Positions 20,739-31,636 of a DNA stretch of 64,000 nt are shown one piece after another. Each line of letters starts with the position of its first letter. Positions within the stretch are counted from its first letter, which is position 1. The position numbers and the translations under genes are program-made. The DNA comes from Fidelibacterota bacterium (GTDB lineage: Bacteria; Fidelibacterota; Fidelibacteria; Fidelibacterales; DSDE01), in NCBI GenBank assembly GCA_046735395.1, contig JBJKQR010000084.1, positions 10,188-74,187 on the forward strand, given 5' to 3'. The notes under the pieces were generated by a model. That model searched no databases. It had not been told where the DNA came from and saw only the letters and a program-made list of their open reading frames with translations.

Positions 20739-21329
20739 ATGTCAGTAAAGTTACCCGATCTTCCCTACGCACTGGATGCACTGGAACCACATATAAGTTC
20801 GAAAACCCTGGAGTTTCACTATGGGAAACATCATGCCGGATACGTGAACAATCTCAACAAGCTGGTCGAAGGCACAAATCTGGAAAATGAGAGTCTGGAA
20901 AATATCATCCAGGCAACTGCCGGGGATTCGGCCAAAGCAGCTGTTTTCAATAATGCGGCTCAGGTATGGAACCATACATTCTACTGGAATTGTATGAAAC
21001 CCAATGGCGGTGGCCGGGCAACCGGAGACAGTCTCATCCTCATCAACAGGAATTTCGGGAGCTTTGATACCTTTGTTGACAAGTTCAAAACCGCTGCGGT
21101 CAGTCAGTTCGGCAGTGGATGGGCCTGGCTGGTCATGAAGGATGATAAACTGGAAATCATGAAAACCGCCAATGCGGACACTCCGCTGGCTCACGGGGCA
21201 AAAGCCCTCCTGACCGTGGATGTATGGGAACATGCCTATTACCTCGACTATCAGAATCTTCGTCCCGGATATGTTGAAACCTTTATAAAGAATCTGATCA
21301 ACTGGGATTTTGTCAACAGCCGTCTGTAA
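20739..21329 (+). CDS. sodB: Superoxide dismutase [Fe]
   Basis: HYGKHH, NNAAQVWNH (Fe-type AAQ), FGSGWAWL, DVWEHAYY; AAGGAGG RBS. Confidence 0.95.
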   Translation: MSVKLPDLPYALDALEPHISSKTLEFHYGKHHAGYVNNLNKLVEGTNLENESLENIIQATAGDSAKAAVFNNAAQVWNHTFYWNCMKPNGGGRATGDSLILINRNFGSFDTFVDKFKTAAVSQFGSGWAWLVMKDDKLEIMKTANADTPLAHGAKALLTVDVWEHAYYLDYQNLRPGYVETFIKNLINWDFVNSRL

Positions 21330-21358
21330 GACTGTTATGACGCAGATATTGACAGGAC

Positions 21359-21384
21359 GGGACAGGGCTTCGAGCCCTGTTCCC
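21359..21384 (+). terminator. Hairpin after sodB (terminator or stabiliser)
   Basis: GGGACAGGGC-TTCGA-GCCCTGTTCCC imperfect stem with a weak U-tract. Confidence 0.45.
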
Positions 21385-21595
21385 ATATTCTCCAACTTTA
21401 TTTTTTTAATGGATTTGCGCTGGCTCACAATCCCCCGGAGACCCAGCTTTTTCTTTTTAATTTCACGAATTTTCTGTATATTTTTCTTTGTGGTTTTAGG
21501 AATCGAATTGCGGTATTCATTCATGGAATCACATCGGAAACTGAGTCGGAACAATTAACCGTACCGCGAGTAGAATAAAGAAAAGAGGAGAGAAC

Positions 21596-22255
21596 ATGTT
21601 AAGAGCTGCTTTGATCATCCTCCTGGCATTAGGACTGAGTAACTGTGGGAAGGAAGCGATAAAGGATGAACCGATCAGCAAAGCTGAGCCGAAAACGGAG
21701 GTGACCGCGCCGGATACGACGCAAATACTTCCGGAGGTGCACAAGGTACCCGAGGCCCCCGCTCCCCAGACAGATGTCAGCACCAAGGCTGACACAACGG
21801 TTAAGACCACGGAAACTCGCAAGGTAATACAGAATAAATCTGCCGAAGAGACGGCAGTTCCGGCACCGGCGCCGCTTGACAGTGTCAAGGTTCAATACAT
21901 GATCCGGCCCAATGATTATCTGGTTAAAATCGCCATTAATGAGTACGGCCGTCCGACCATGTGGAGAAAAATCTGGAACTGGAACCGGAAAGCGATCGGT
22001 GAGAATCCCAACCTGATCTATCCCTATCGGGAAATTTCGCTTCTCAAACCCGTTGAGTATGCAGTCAAGACCGAGTTCGAATACTACGATTATGTGGTAA
22101 AAAAAGATGATACACTCTGGTCCATTGCCAAAAAGGAATACGGAAACAACCTGGCCTGGATCGTTATCCTCCGGGACAACTATGATTCCATCTCTGAAGA
22201 TTATGACCATTTGAAGGAAAATACCGTTCTCAAGCTGAGAACAAAATTGTACTGA
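21596..22255 (+). CDS. LysM-domain lipoprotein with two LysM-like domains
   Basis: Lipobox LSNC, Pro/Thr/Ala-rich linker, YMIRPNDYLVKIA..EYG and YVVKKDDTLWSIAKKEYG. Confidence 0.85.
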   Translation: MLRAALIILLALGLSNCGKEAIKDEPISKAEPKTEVTAPDTTQILPEVHKVPEAPAPQTDVSTKADTTVKTTETRKVIQNKSAEETAVPAPAPLDSVKVQYMIRPNDYLVKIAINEYGRPTMWRKIWNWNRKAIGENPNLIYPYREISLLKPVEYAVKTEFEYYDYVVKKDDTLWSIAKKEYGNNLAWIVILRDNYDSISEDYDHLKENTVLKLRTKLY

Positions 22256-22276
22256 TCACTTCATAAATGTTCATCC

Positions 22277-22305
22277 AAAAGCCCCGGCCGGTCCGGGGCT
22301 TTTTT
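22277..22305. terminator. Bidirectional intrinsic terminator
   Basis: AAAAGCCCCGG-CCGGT-CCGGGGCTTTT between convergent genes. Confidence 0.85.
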
Positions 22306-22401
22306 ATATCCTGACAATTAATCTTCTACAATAATAATACCGCAGCTTATGCGACAGATAAATAATTGTTAATTATTGGTCTAAGAAATAATAACTATAA
22401 A

Positions 22402-23352
22402 TCAGAGATCGAATTCCAGGCCTTCATAGGCCAGAAAGACTTCCAGCCCGGCGTTCGGATAATTCACATTCTTGTAATTCAGCGACCGCTTGAGCATGGA
22501 ATAGACCGTATCGTCATCATTATCAGGTTCATGGTGAAACAGCGCCAGATTCTTCACACCGGCTTTCATGGCAAGATCAATACCGGTGATAGCGGAACTG
22601 TGGCCGTAATCTTCACGGTGGATGGCTTCCTCAAAGGTATACATAGCATCAAAAATCAGAAGATCCGCATCCTGAAAAAATTCCACATGACGATTGGTAA
22701 ATTTCGAACTCAGGTTCTTATACTGGGAATCCGTGGCATAGACCAGGGATTTTCCGTTGAAATCGAGACGATACGCGTAGGAACCTCCCGGATGATGCTG
22801 CAGAGTATTCCGGACGCGGACACCATTGATTTCTATTTCTCCGTCAGCCTCAAGCTGATGAAAGGATTTGGTACTGGCCATATGATCCAGCGCGACCGGA
22901 AAGAAACGACTGTCCTGCTGATCAGTCAGCCGCCCCTCAATATCCTTGTGGACTCCGTATATCTTGATATCCGCCTGCGGATAAAAGGCTGGTTTGAACA
23001 TGGGAAAGCCCATGATATGGTCCCAGTGAGTATGGCTGATGAAAATATGCATTTTCAGGCTGCCGTTCTGCTCCTCCTGCTGCATCAGTTTATTACCGAG
23101 CCGCACCAGGCCGCTGCCCATATCAAAAATTATACGGGTATCATTGACCAGAACTTCCACACAGGAGGTATCACCGCCGATGGTACCGCTTTCGTGAAAT
23201 GAAAAACGGTTCAGAAACTGCTGACGCTTCTCCTTGGTGGAAAGATCCTCCCGCAGAGAGGCCTGGAGAATTCGCTCAATCTTTTCCCGGATTTTTCCTG
23301 AGCTGATTGGCGTAGGAATCGACCCCCTTACTCCCCAAAAACGCACTTTCAT
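22402..23352 (-). CDS. MBL-fold metallo-hydrolase (PhnP/phosphodiesterase-like)
   Basis: VRFWGVRGSIP, GGDTSCVEV, HTHWDH, HPGG, ATD, GHS, FHHEP. Confidence 0.88.
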   Translation of the reverse strand: MKVRFWGVRGSIPTPISSGKIREKIERILQASLREDLSTKEKRQQFLNRFSFHESGTIGGDTSCVEVLVNDTRIIFDMGSGLVRLGNKLMQQEEQNGSLKMHIFISHTHWDHIMGFPMFKPAFYPQADIKIYGVHKDIEGRLTDQQDSRFFPVALDHMASTKSFHQLEADGEIEINGVRVRNTLQHHPGGSYAYRLDFNGKSLVYATDSQYKNLSSKFTNRHVEFFQDADLLIFDAMYTFEEAIHREDYGHSSAITGIDLAMKAGVKNLALFHHEPDNDDDTVYSMLKRSLNYKNVNYPNAGLEVFLAYEGLEFDL

Positions 23353-23817
23353 CGGCAAAATCTCCTTATCAGGCAGTGATTTCCCGTATATTTACTAAAT
23401 AATCGTGCCGCATTCAACTAAAAATTTTACTGAAAACCAGACTTCAGGAATTTATTAATCATAGACAAGTCCCGGAATCCGGAAACCCTTCCGGTTCGAC
23501 CTGTCCTTAGGCTTTTCGAGATATTTTCAGTAGTTCAATTCCTTGACAGCGGCATCGCACGCAGGGTCAGAGGCCCGGGCATGAGCACGCATCCGGGGAA
23601 AATCCAGATCCTCGGCACAACTGAACCGGATAATGAAAAGCTCTTCATCCTGAGATTTATTCAGGGACGGAAATCCTCCCGGTTCGGAAAACCCTTTTTG
23701 CCCGGCACGATTCACAGGCGATCCGGCTGGATGACCTGAACCCGGCCTTCGGACATCTGTCTCTGGCTGCCGTCATTTTTCGCTTAGTCTCCATCATCAG
23801 GATATGTAAATTATGTC

Positions 23818-24150
23818 ATGAAGATACGGTTCTTGAACAATGAAAAGTGGGCAGAGGTACCCTCCGCCACCATTATCCGCCAGGCTGATGATATTCTGGA
23901 CATACTGGGGAATTCCTACGAATTGCACAGCGGCGGTATCATTCTCCATGAATCAAATCTTGAGCCGGACCTTTTTGATTTGAAGAACCGACGTCTGGGT
24001 GAATTGATACAGAAATGTGTTACCTACTCTCAGAAACTCCTGCTGATCGGAGACTGGGACCGCTATCCTTCCACCAGCCTGCAGGATTTTATCAGGGAAA
24101 GCAATCGAATGGGATTTATCCGTTTTCAGAACGAATTGAAAAGAAAATAA
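23818..24150 (+). CDS. DUF4180 domain protein
   Basis: FDLK...GELIQK..Y..KL..IGD...SLQDFIRESN pattern. Confidence 0.8.
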   Translation: MKIRFLNNEKWAEVPSATIIRQADDILDILGNSYELHSGGIILHESNLEPDLFDLKNRRLGELIQKCVTYSQKLLLIGDWDRYPSTSLQDFIRESNRMGFIRFQNELKRK

Positions 24151-24194
24151 TACAATTTCAACCCTGGAACAGGCCTGAAAAGCGAGACATAATT

Positions 24195-24713
24195 ATGAAG
24201 AAATCGACTGAAAAACCATACTCCATCCGGGACGCCGCTCCTGAAGATATCCCGCTGATCATGCAGTTTATCCGGGATCTCGCCCGCTATGAAAAATCTG
24301 AAGACTTGGTCCTGGCAACGCCGGAGAGTCTGACTCAGCACCTCTTCGCTCCCGGAGCAGTGGCCCGCTGCATACTGGCCGAATGGGAAGATCAGGCAGC
24401 CGGCTTCGCTCTGTATTTTTATAATTTCAGCACCTGGACGGGAAAACCCGGCCTGTATCTGGAGGATCTGTTTGTTCTGCCTGAATACAGGCAGCGCGGG
24501 ATCGGTCTGCAGCTCATGAAGACGCTGGCCGGCAGAGCTGCTTCCGAAGGCTGTGAACGCTTTGAATGGAGCGTGCTGAACTGGAACAGCCCGGCTATTG
24601 ACTTTTATAAATCCCTGGGCGCACACCCCATGGCAGACTGGACTGTATACCGTATGGATGGCGATTCGCTGCGGCGCTTTGCCTCTGCCGAACCCGCCAC
24701 CGGTCAGTCATGA
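24195..24713 (+). CDS. GNAT N-acetyltransferase (diamine acetyltransferase-like)
   Basis: LARYEK, FSTWTGKPGLYLEDLFV.PEYRQRGIG, WSVLNWN.PAIDFY. Confidence 0.9.
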   Translation: MKKSTEKPYSIRDAAPEDIPLIMQFIRDLARYEKSEDLVLATPESLTQHLFAPGAVARCILAEWEDQAAGFALYFYNFSTWTGKPGLYLEDLFVLPEYRQRGIGLQLMKTLAGRAASEGCERFEWSVLNWNSPAIDFYKSLGAHPMADWTVYRMDGDSLRRFASAEPATGQS

Positions 24714-26050
24714 GTCCCGATCCCCGACTTCTTTTCATCAATCCCTGGATACACGATTTTGCCGCTCACGATTTCTGGAGCAAGCCTCTCGGTCTGTTGA
24801 GAATTGCCGAGTACCTTTCCCATTACCCTGTTCATATCGACTGGATTGATGTAATGGATCGCTTTCATCCCAGCTGGCAAACTGCGAAAACTAAGCCGGC
24901 CGCACACGGGAAATACCATCGGGAAGAGCTCGTAAAGCCCGCCTTCCTTCCGGCCATTCCAAGGCAATATTCACGGTATGGGGCGGAAAAATCGAAGGTT
25001 CGTGCCCACATGTTGAATCTGAAAAAGCCGGACCTGATTTTTATGGCTACTCACCTCACCTACTGGTATGGCGGTGTAGGGGAAGCGGTTGATCTGTGCC
25101 GGGAACTCTTTCCGGATGTTCCCATCATCACCGGCGGAATTTATGCCACACTGATGCCGGATCATATCCGACAGGCCCTTGCACCGGACCTGAATATTGA
25201 AGGTCCCGGTGAGGCGGCGGCTCTCGCTGCAGTCAACCGTTTCTGTTCCACAGATTTTCAGGATCATACAGCTACCCCGTTTATCCGCAGGAGCTGGATC
25301 CATTATCCCGTATTGAAAAGCCTGCCCTTCGAAAGCTCCCATGGCTGTCCCTACCAGTGCAGCTTCTGCGCTTCAAAATTGCTGCTTCCCTCCTACTCGC
25401 GGTATGATACGGGCGATTTTATCCGATATTTTCTGGAAATGACAGAAATACATGCTGTCAGGGATGTGGTATTCTATGACGATGCCCTGCTGCTGAATTC
25501 CGATAGCCACATCAAACCGATTCTGCGCACCCTTGCATCGGAACGGCCCGGATTGCAGATACATACTCCGAATGGCCTCTTTGCCAGATTCATAGATGCG
25601 GAACTGGCGCGGCTGATGAGGCGCAGCGGATTCGTCATGCCACGACTCAGCCTGGAGAGCAGCGACGCGGATATTCAGAACCGAAGCAGCCGAAAAGTCA
25701 ACAATTCAGATTATCGCCGGGCCATCCGGCATCTGCAGCAGGCGGGTTATGCACCCGGGCAATATCTGACCTACATTATTTCAGGCCTGCCGGGACAGAC
25801 ACTTGGTTCCATACGGGCAAGTATTGATTTTGCCCATGAACAGGGCAGCCGCATCAGTATTCCCGATTATTCCCCCATACCCGGCACTGAGGATTTTATA
25901 AAAAGCGGATTTCCCGAAGAGGCAGACCCATTGCTTCTGAATAATAGCGTGTACCCCTATCTGCTGAAACCGGAGCTCCGGACCGGGTATGAGGAACTGC
26001 GCCGTTATGCCAAAATGCTCAACGACCGGCTTCCCAATGTGACAGGATAG
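24710..26050 (+). CDS. B12-binding-domain radical SAM protein
   Basis: INPWIHDFAAHDFWSKPLGL N-terminal domain, GGIYATL, GCPYQCSFC, YDDALL, HTPNG. Confidence 0.85.
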   Translation: MSPDPRLLFINPWIHDFAAHDFWSKPLGLLRIAEYLSHYPVHIDWIDVMDRFHPSWQTAKTKPAAHGKYHREELVKPAFLPAIPRQYSRYGAEKSKVRAHMLNLKKPDLIFMATHLTYWYGGVGEAVDLCRELFPDVPIITGGIYATLMPDHIRQALAPDLNIEGPGEAAALAAVNRFCSTDFQDHTATPFIRRSWIHYPVLKSLPFESSHGCPYQCSFCASKLLLPSYSRYDTGDFIRYFLEMTEIHAVRDVVFYDDALLLNSDSHIKPILRTLASERPGLQIHTPNGLFARFIDAELARLMRRSGFVMPRLSLESSDADIQNRSSRKVNNSDYRRAIRHLQQAGYAPGQYLTYIISGLPGQTLGSIRASIDFAHEQGSRISIPDYSPIPGTEDFIKSGFPEEADPLLLNNSVYPYLLKPELRTGYEELRRYAKMLNDRLPNVTG

Positions 26051-26174
26051 GCACTTTTCCCGGAATATTTCACTTAATTACTGCTGTCACGCTACTTACA
26101 GTTAAAAAAAAGTTCGCATATTCATCTGATATTAATTAATTTGTGCGACATTATAGTGGGATGGGGTAAAGCAG

Positions 26175-27011
26175 ATGAGTAACGAAGAATTCTGGAAATC
26201 AGTCAAGGAAGCCCGTGTAAAACAGGATATCAGCCTTGAAACGATAAGCAGAAACACAAAAATCGGGATTCAAATCCTTGAAAATATCGAATCCGGCGAT
26301 TTTTCGAATCTTTCCGAAACATATATGCGGCTTTTCCTGAAGGCCTATGCCCGGGAAACCGGTAATGATTATGACCAGCTTCTGGAAAATGCACCCTTTT
26401 CCAGGGACCGGGACACACAGAAAATATATTCACTTCAGAATATTGATGATGAAAAACAGTATGCTGCAAGCATTGCGAATGTAAAACACGAGAAAGTCGG
26501 AGGCTTCAATGCCCGGAAGGCCCGGCCCATGTATATCATCATCACCATACTTGTGGCTCTGTTCGTCATTTATATCGGCAAGCAGGTCATATCGGAATCC
26601 GAAACCGAAAATAAACCCAATCTCATCGACAGTTTTCAGGTGGTAGCTCAGGACAGCATCACGACTGCAGACAGCTCGCAAAACACAGCGTCTCTCAGTG
26701 AAAATTTATCCGCGACGAAGGAAGCCGAAACCGAAGCCATCACAACCGACTACAGCTTCCCTGTTACGGTCAACCTCTTCCCCACTGCCAATATCATCTA
26801 CAGACTGGTCATCAATGGCGAAACACCGAAGGAAGAACTGATACAGAAGGACAAGGATCACAGTTTCACGGTTAATAAATCCTTTGTTCTGACTGTGTAT
26901 AATGTCAAGAACTGCAGTATTTCTTTGAATTCCGTGCTCCTGCCGCATTCCACTAAAGAACGATTGAAATTCGGTATTGATGCTGACGGACATTTGAACA
27001 TTCTTGATTAA
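26175..27011 (+). CDS. RodZ-like HTH membrane protein
   Basis: N-terminal XRE-type HTH (ISL..IS..TKI...L..IE.G.F...Y...FLKAYA), single TM helix, beta-rich C-terminal domain. Confidence 0.75.
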   Translation: MSNEEFWKSVKEARVKQDISLETISRNTKIGIQILENIESGDFSNLSETYMRLFLKAYARETGNDYDQLLENAPFSRDRDTQKIYSLQNIDDEKQYAASIANVKHEKVGGFNARKARPMYIIITILVALFVIYIGKQVISESETENKPNLIDSFQVVAQDSITTADSSQNTASLSENLSATKEAETEAITTDYSFPVTVNLFPTANIIYRLVINGETPKEELIQKDKDHSFTVNKSFVLTVYNVKNCSISLNSVLLPHSTKERLKFGIDADGHLNILD

Positions 27012-27223
27012 TAATTCAATAGACTTTTTTCGTACTGTATTATTTTAACTCACGTTTCGTATCACTGCTCACGAGGCTGCGTCTGTCGGAGGGGCAGATT
27101 GAGTTAAATATTGCATTCAAAGATTCGAATCATTAATATTTGCCCAACCTGAAAAGGACGGATCTGTCCGGAGCGACAAGGATCCATAATCAAATTGTTC
27201 TTAATACTGAAAGGGGAGCAAAA

Positions 27224-28273
27224 ATGAAGAAAATGATGACGGTCATCGGCCTGTTGATCCTGACCGGAACACTGATGGCAGACATTACACTCAGTGGCGA
27301 CGCCCGTGTACGTCCTCGCTATGACATCGTAACCAAAGATTCAAGCAGTACAGGGTCTCAGACCGGTGATTTGTACTGGTTTTACCGTGCCCGGCTGAAT
27401 GTCGCAGCCACCATCGGCAATGGCTATGTATTTCAGGCTCAGATCGGCCACAACGCGACAGCGCAATGGTCCAAGATGGGTGACGGCAAGGAATTGCCCG
27501 GCAGCGCCAGTGATGGCTCCGCACAGGCTCCCAGCCTGTCCTGGATGCTTCTGAATTTCGGTCTGAAACGTGACAAGTACGGCTGGGCCCTGGGACGTAT
27601 TCCCCTGGCTGACAACAGCGCTACGGACATTCATTTTTATCCCACGAAAGTGGTGGATGTACCGGTCACCGTCAACAGCAACAACGCCGTTACCGGCGGC
27701 AATTTCTACTGTGCGGCCGGTCCGGGAAAACTGAGCGGATTCATAGCAGTTTCGGAAAATAATACCAATGTAACCGAGGATATTGAAACAGGAGAAAAAG
27801 TCAAGAAGCAGGACGGAATGACCTTTGCCTTTCAATATGATTTAAAAGTCGCAGGCATCGGACTCAGCCCGATGGTTCTCTATGGAATGGAAAATACCAA
27901 GTACAATCCCATGACTGTAGGTGTGCTTGCCAATTATACCGTAAAGGGAACGAAACTCCAGGCGGCATACGTCTATACTTCCGATGTAAATAATCTGTAT
28001 TCGGGATATACAGCCCGCATCGGCGCCAAACGGAAAATCGGGCCCGGAACCTTTAACGGCTATTTCGATGTCGCCAGCATGGACTGGACTGCCTCCGGTG
28101 ATCCGGTTATGGATTACAGCTATTTCTGGCTGGATTATTCCTATCCCCTGGCGAAAACCGACATGGGTGAACTGACCTTCAAACCGACATGGCGGCGTTC
28201 TGCTTCTGATGACGGCAGCTGGAAGAATTCCCGGAATAAAATCGAGCTGACCATCGAAATGAAATTCAAATAA
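27224..28273 (+). CDS. Outer-membrane beta-barrel/porin-like protein
   Basis: Signal peptide, LSGDARVR..Y and RARLNV strands, amphipathic beta pattern, penultimate Phe; GGGGAG RBS. Confidence 0.7.
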   Translation: MKKMMTVIGLLILTGTLMADITLSGDARVRPRYDIVTKDSSSTGSQTGDLYWFYRARLNVAATIGNGYVFQAQIGHNATAQWSKMGDGKELPGSASDGSAQAPSLSWMLLNFGLKRDKYGWALGRIPLADNSATDIHFYPTKVVDVPVTVNSNNAVTGGNFYCAAGPGKLSGFIAVSENNTNVTEDIETGEKVKKQDGMTFAFQYDLKVAGIGLSPMVLYGMENTKYNPMTVGVLANYTVKGTKLQAAYVYTSDVNNLYSGYTARIGAKRKIGPGTFNGYFDVASMDWTASGDPVMDYSYFWLDYSYPLAKTDMGELTFKPTWRRSASDDGSWKNSRNKIELTIEMKFK

Positions 28274-28300
28274 ATCATTTCACATAAGAGCGTGAAACGG

Positions 28301-28331
28301 AAAGGCCGGTGAAGTAACCCGGCCTTTTTTT
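28301..28331 (+). terminator. Intrinsic terminator after the porin gene
   Basis: AAAGGCCGG-N9-CCGGCCTTTTTTT. Confidence 0.8.
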
Positions 28332-28762
28332 ATATCCCGATGTTTTAATAATTTCCTTCAGGAGGAATATTCGGACAGCCTCTGATTTTTCACATATTCT
28401 TTTTTAAAATTATTCAGGATAAAAAGAAAAGTCTGCAGTTTAGGACCATATGGGAACCCACAGTACACAGTGGAAGCCTGCCCTCCAGTTCAACCTTCCT
28501 TAATCCGTCAAGCAGAAAGGCCTGATTTCCCTGAAGATGAGCTACAGCCCCATATCTTTCTTGTTAGTTCCAAAAATCCTTAAACTACAGACTCTCACTT
28601 ATCAAAAATCTTCATCTGTCTTTAAGCTATGACAGCTTTTCGACTATATCAACTCATTTATTGGCAGATTAGTCAAAATACCATTTGCCTACCTTCATCG
28701 GAAGGTGTATACTACTATTAATAAAAGCCAGTTAGACTACTTGATTTCCCAACCCTACGCGT

Positions 28763-30664
28763 CTATTTCTCGAGGGTACTGAGATCTCCCAGATCTTCAC
28801 CCAGAGCCTGAGCCTTGAGAACCCGGCGCATGATTTTGCCGCTACGGGTCTTCGGCAGAGAATCAACGACGGTGATGACTTCCGGTTTGGCGATGGGACC
28901 CACTTCTGCAGCGACATGGTTTTTCAGGACTTCCTGCAGGTTCTGGCCCATATCGGCTCCCTGTCTCAGTATCACGAAGGCATGAATGGCATGGCCTTTC
29001 AGTTCATGGGGCACGCCGATGGCGGCGGCTTCGGCCACATCGGGATGAGACACGAGCGCGGATTCGATTTCAGCCGTTCCCAGACGGTAGCCGCTGACCT
29101 TGATCACGTCATCCAGCCGTCCGATGATCCAGAAATATCCGTCCTCATCGCGCCGTGCTGAGTCTCCGGCCATGTACCAGCCCTGTTTTTCAAATTCTTT
29201 CCAGTAGGTATTCACATAGCGTTCCGGATCCCCGTGAATGGTCCGCGCCATACCCGGCCAGGGATTCTTGATGACGAGCTTCCCTTCTTCGCCGGCTTTC
29301 ACTTCCTTACCGTTCTCATCCACCACCGCCATCTCGTTGCCGAAAAACGGTTTGGTTGCGCTGCCCGGTTTCAGAGGCGTGATGGGCAGGGGCGTAATCA
29401 TGAATCCGCCCGTTTCCGTCTGCCACCATGTATCCATGATGGGACAGCGGTTTTTGCCGATGACTTCATAATACCACTTCCAGGCTTCCGGATTAATGGG
29501 TTCACCCACCGATCCGAGAAGACGGAGGCTGCTGATATCAAATCGTTTCGGCCAGTCATCCCCGAAGCGCATCAGACCACGGATCGCCGTCGGTGAGGTA
29601 TAGAGAATGGTGATTCCGTATTTTTCAATCATCTGCCACCAGCGGTGGGGATATGGATAATTGGGAGCGCCTTCATACATCATAACCGTCGCACCATTGA
29701 TGAGCGGGGCATATACGATATAGGAATGGCCTGTGATCCAGCCCGGATCGGCGGCGCACCACCAGCGGTCCTCATCCTTGATATCGAAAACATAGCGATG
29801 TGTGGTCGAAGTATAGACAGAATACCCGCCGTGTGTATGAACCTGGCCTTTGGGCTTCCCGGTCGTTCCGGACGTATAGAGAAGAAAGAGAGGATCCTCC
29901 GCATCCATGACCACGGTTTCAAATTTATTATTTGCCAGCGGCAGATTCGCCAGCTCATGATACCAGAAATCCCGGCCGCTTTCCATGTATACGTCATGGC
30001 CGGTACGTTTTACGACAATACAGTTTTCGATGGTTGGAGAGCGCTTGATGGCTTCATCAACGATACTCTTGAGATCATTGATCTTCCCGCGGCGCCAGCC
30101 CCCGTCGGCGGTGACCAGAACCTTGCTCTTGGCATCATCAATCCGCTCGGCAAGGGCTTCCGTGGAAAAACCGCCATAGACTACCGAATGCACGGCTCCG
30201 ATTTTTGCCGTCGCCAGCATGGCAAAGAGCAATTCGGGAATCTGCGGCATATAAATCGTCACCACATCCCCTTTCTTCACACCCATGCTGTGAAGAATAT
30301 TCGCCATCATATTCACTTCCCGGTTCAGAGCATGGTAGGACAGGGTACGGGTCTCTCCCGGCTCACCTTCCCAGATGAGGGCCAGCTTATTCCGTCGCCA
30401 TGTCTTCAGGTGCCGGTCGATGGCATTGTGAACGATATTCGTTTTAGCTCCCACAAACCATTTATAAAAAGGTTTATTACTGTCATCCAGAACCTTTGTC
30501 CACGGTTCGTACCATTCCAGATTCTCGGCTTCCTTTGCCCAGAATGCCTCACGATTTTTAATCGAATACGCATACAATTCATCATAATCTTTAATATTCG
30601 CCTGCTCAACAACTTCGGGAGACGGGTGAAACATCTCTCCGTTTTTAGCTTTTTCCTCAGTCAT
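28763..30664 (-). CDS. acs: Acetyl-CoA synthetase (AMP-forming)
   Basis: YTSGTTGKPKG, WITGHSY, VGEPINPEAW, DTWWQTETG, PKTRSGKIMRR. Start MTEEK follows GGAGGA. Confidence 0.95.
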   Translation of the reverse strand: MTEEKAKNGEMFHPSPEVVEQANIKDYDELYAYSIKNREAFWAKEAENLEWYEPWTKVLDDSNKPFYKWFVGAKTNIVHNAIDRHLKTWRRNKLALIWEGEPGETRTLSYHALNREVNMMANILHSMGVKKGDVVTIYMPQIPELLFAMLATAKIGAVHSVVYGGFSTEALAERIDDAKSKVLVTADGGWRRGKINDLKSIVDEAIKRSPTIENCIVVKRTGHDVYMESGRDFWYHELANLPLANNKFETVVMDAEDPLFLLYTSGTTGKPKGQVHTHGGYSVYTSTTHRYVFDIKDEDRWWCAADPGWITGHSYIVYAPLINGATVMMYEGAPNYPYPHRWWQMIEKYGITILYTSPTAIRGLMRFGDDWPKRFDISSLRLLGSVGEPINPEAWKWYYEVIGKNRCPIMDTWWQTETGGFMITPLPITPLKPGSATKPFFGNEMAVVDENGKEVKAGEEGKLVIKNPWPGMARTIHGDPERYVNTYWKEFEKQGWYMAGDSARRDEDGYFWIIGRLDDVIKVSGYRLGTAEIESALVSHPDVAEAAAIGVPHELKGHAIHAFVILRQGADMGQNLQEVLKNHVAAEVGPIAKPEVITVVDSLPKTRSGKIMRRVLKAQALGEDLGDLSTLEK

Positions 30665-30979
30665 GGTTATTTCCTCCTGATTTCGTGTCTCTGTGTGCGG
30701 CTGAGCTCCGCGACGTGAGAATTTTGGGATTAAATTTATAGGAAGAGCGATGAGGATGCAACACAAGAAATGGAACCACGGCTGTCTCAATATTTCCATT
30801 TTCGTGTAAATATCTGTAATTATTTTACATGAAATTCACAAATCATTTTCAGGGCCTAAAATCCATGTCACTTCCTTGTGACGGAACCGACAATTTCAAC
30901 CCGGATACGAAGAACTCCGCTCATCAATGAGAACGAATTCTCACCTGATAATTTCGCTGTACTAATTCAGAACTATAAT

Positions 30980-31636
30980 TTATTCCACAAAAAATTCAGT
31001 ATCAATCTGATCTTCCAGGCCAATGCGCAGCCGGTCTCCGGACTTTACGGGGCCGACACCCTGAGGCGTTCCTGTAAAAATAATATCCCCTACCTCCAGG
31101 GTCATGACGGATGAAATGTAGGACACGATTTCCGGAATGCTGTAGATCATGTCTTTCGTATTTCCGTCCTGAACGCGACGGCCATTCTTCTCGAGCCAGA
31201 TATTCAGGGTATTGAGACGTTTGAAATGCAGCGTGGAGACAAAATGTGAGATCGGGGCCGAGTCATCAAAGGACTTCGCCTCAGTCCAGGGTTTTCCGCC
31301 GGCTTTTGCGTCCGCCTGAATGTCCCGGGCTGTCAGATCAATTCCCACACCGACGCCGGCGATCACATGCGCTGCATCCTCCTCGCTGACATTCCGGGCC
31401 TCCTCCCCGATGAGCAGGATGAGCTCCACTTCATGGTGTACATCCTCGGAATAATAGGGCAGCTGGATGGGGCCGGGGGCATGTACAATGGAATTGGATG
31501 TTTTCAGAAAAATCATGGGGTGAGTGGTGGCAGTCGAACGCATCTCTCGTATATGTTCGTCGTAATTTCTGCCGACACAGACAATTTTAGGGACGATAAA
31601 TTCCTGATTTACCGGGTCCAGGACCGCTGTTTTCAA
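30980..31636 (-). CDS. Fumarylacetoacetate hydrolase family protein
   Basis: [41 protein letters not shown]. Confidence 0.92.
   Translation of the reverse strand: MKTAVLDPVNQEFIVPKIVCVGRNYDEHIREMRSTATTHPMIFLKTSNSIVHAPGPIQLPYYSEDVHHEVELILLIGEEARNVSEEDAAHVIAGVGVGIDLTARDIQADAKAGGKPWTEAKSFDDSAPISHFVSTLHFKRLNTLNIWLEKNGRRVQDGNTKDMIYSIPEIVSYISSVMTLEVGDIIFTGTPQGVGPVKSGDRLRIGLEDQIDTEFFVE

Noticed and set aside
28471..28551. Minus-strand GGGGCTGTAGCTCA resembling a tRNA-Ala 5' end
   Set aside because: No D-stem partner, anticodon stem or paired T arm follows, so it cannot fold into a cloverleaf. It is chance or an unrecognisable remnant.
28763..30799. Longer N-terminal starts in the ORF track for acs, and likewise for metK, etfB, the GNAT, Lrp, the porin, PorV and amrS
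   Set aside because: The extensions lack family similarity. Downstream ATGs match family N-termini and mostly have clear RBSs, so the starts were trimmed.
30815..30829. TGTAA-N5-TTACA palindrome upstream of acs as a Rex/CRP site
   Set aside because: The spacer is one base short of the Rex/CRP geometry and the region is AT-rich, so it is too weak to call.
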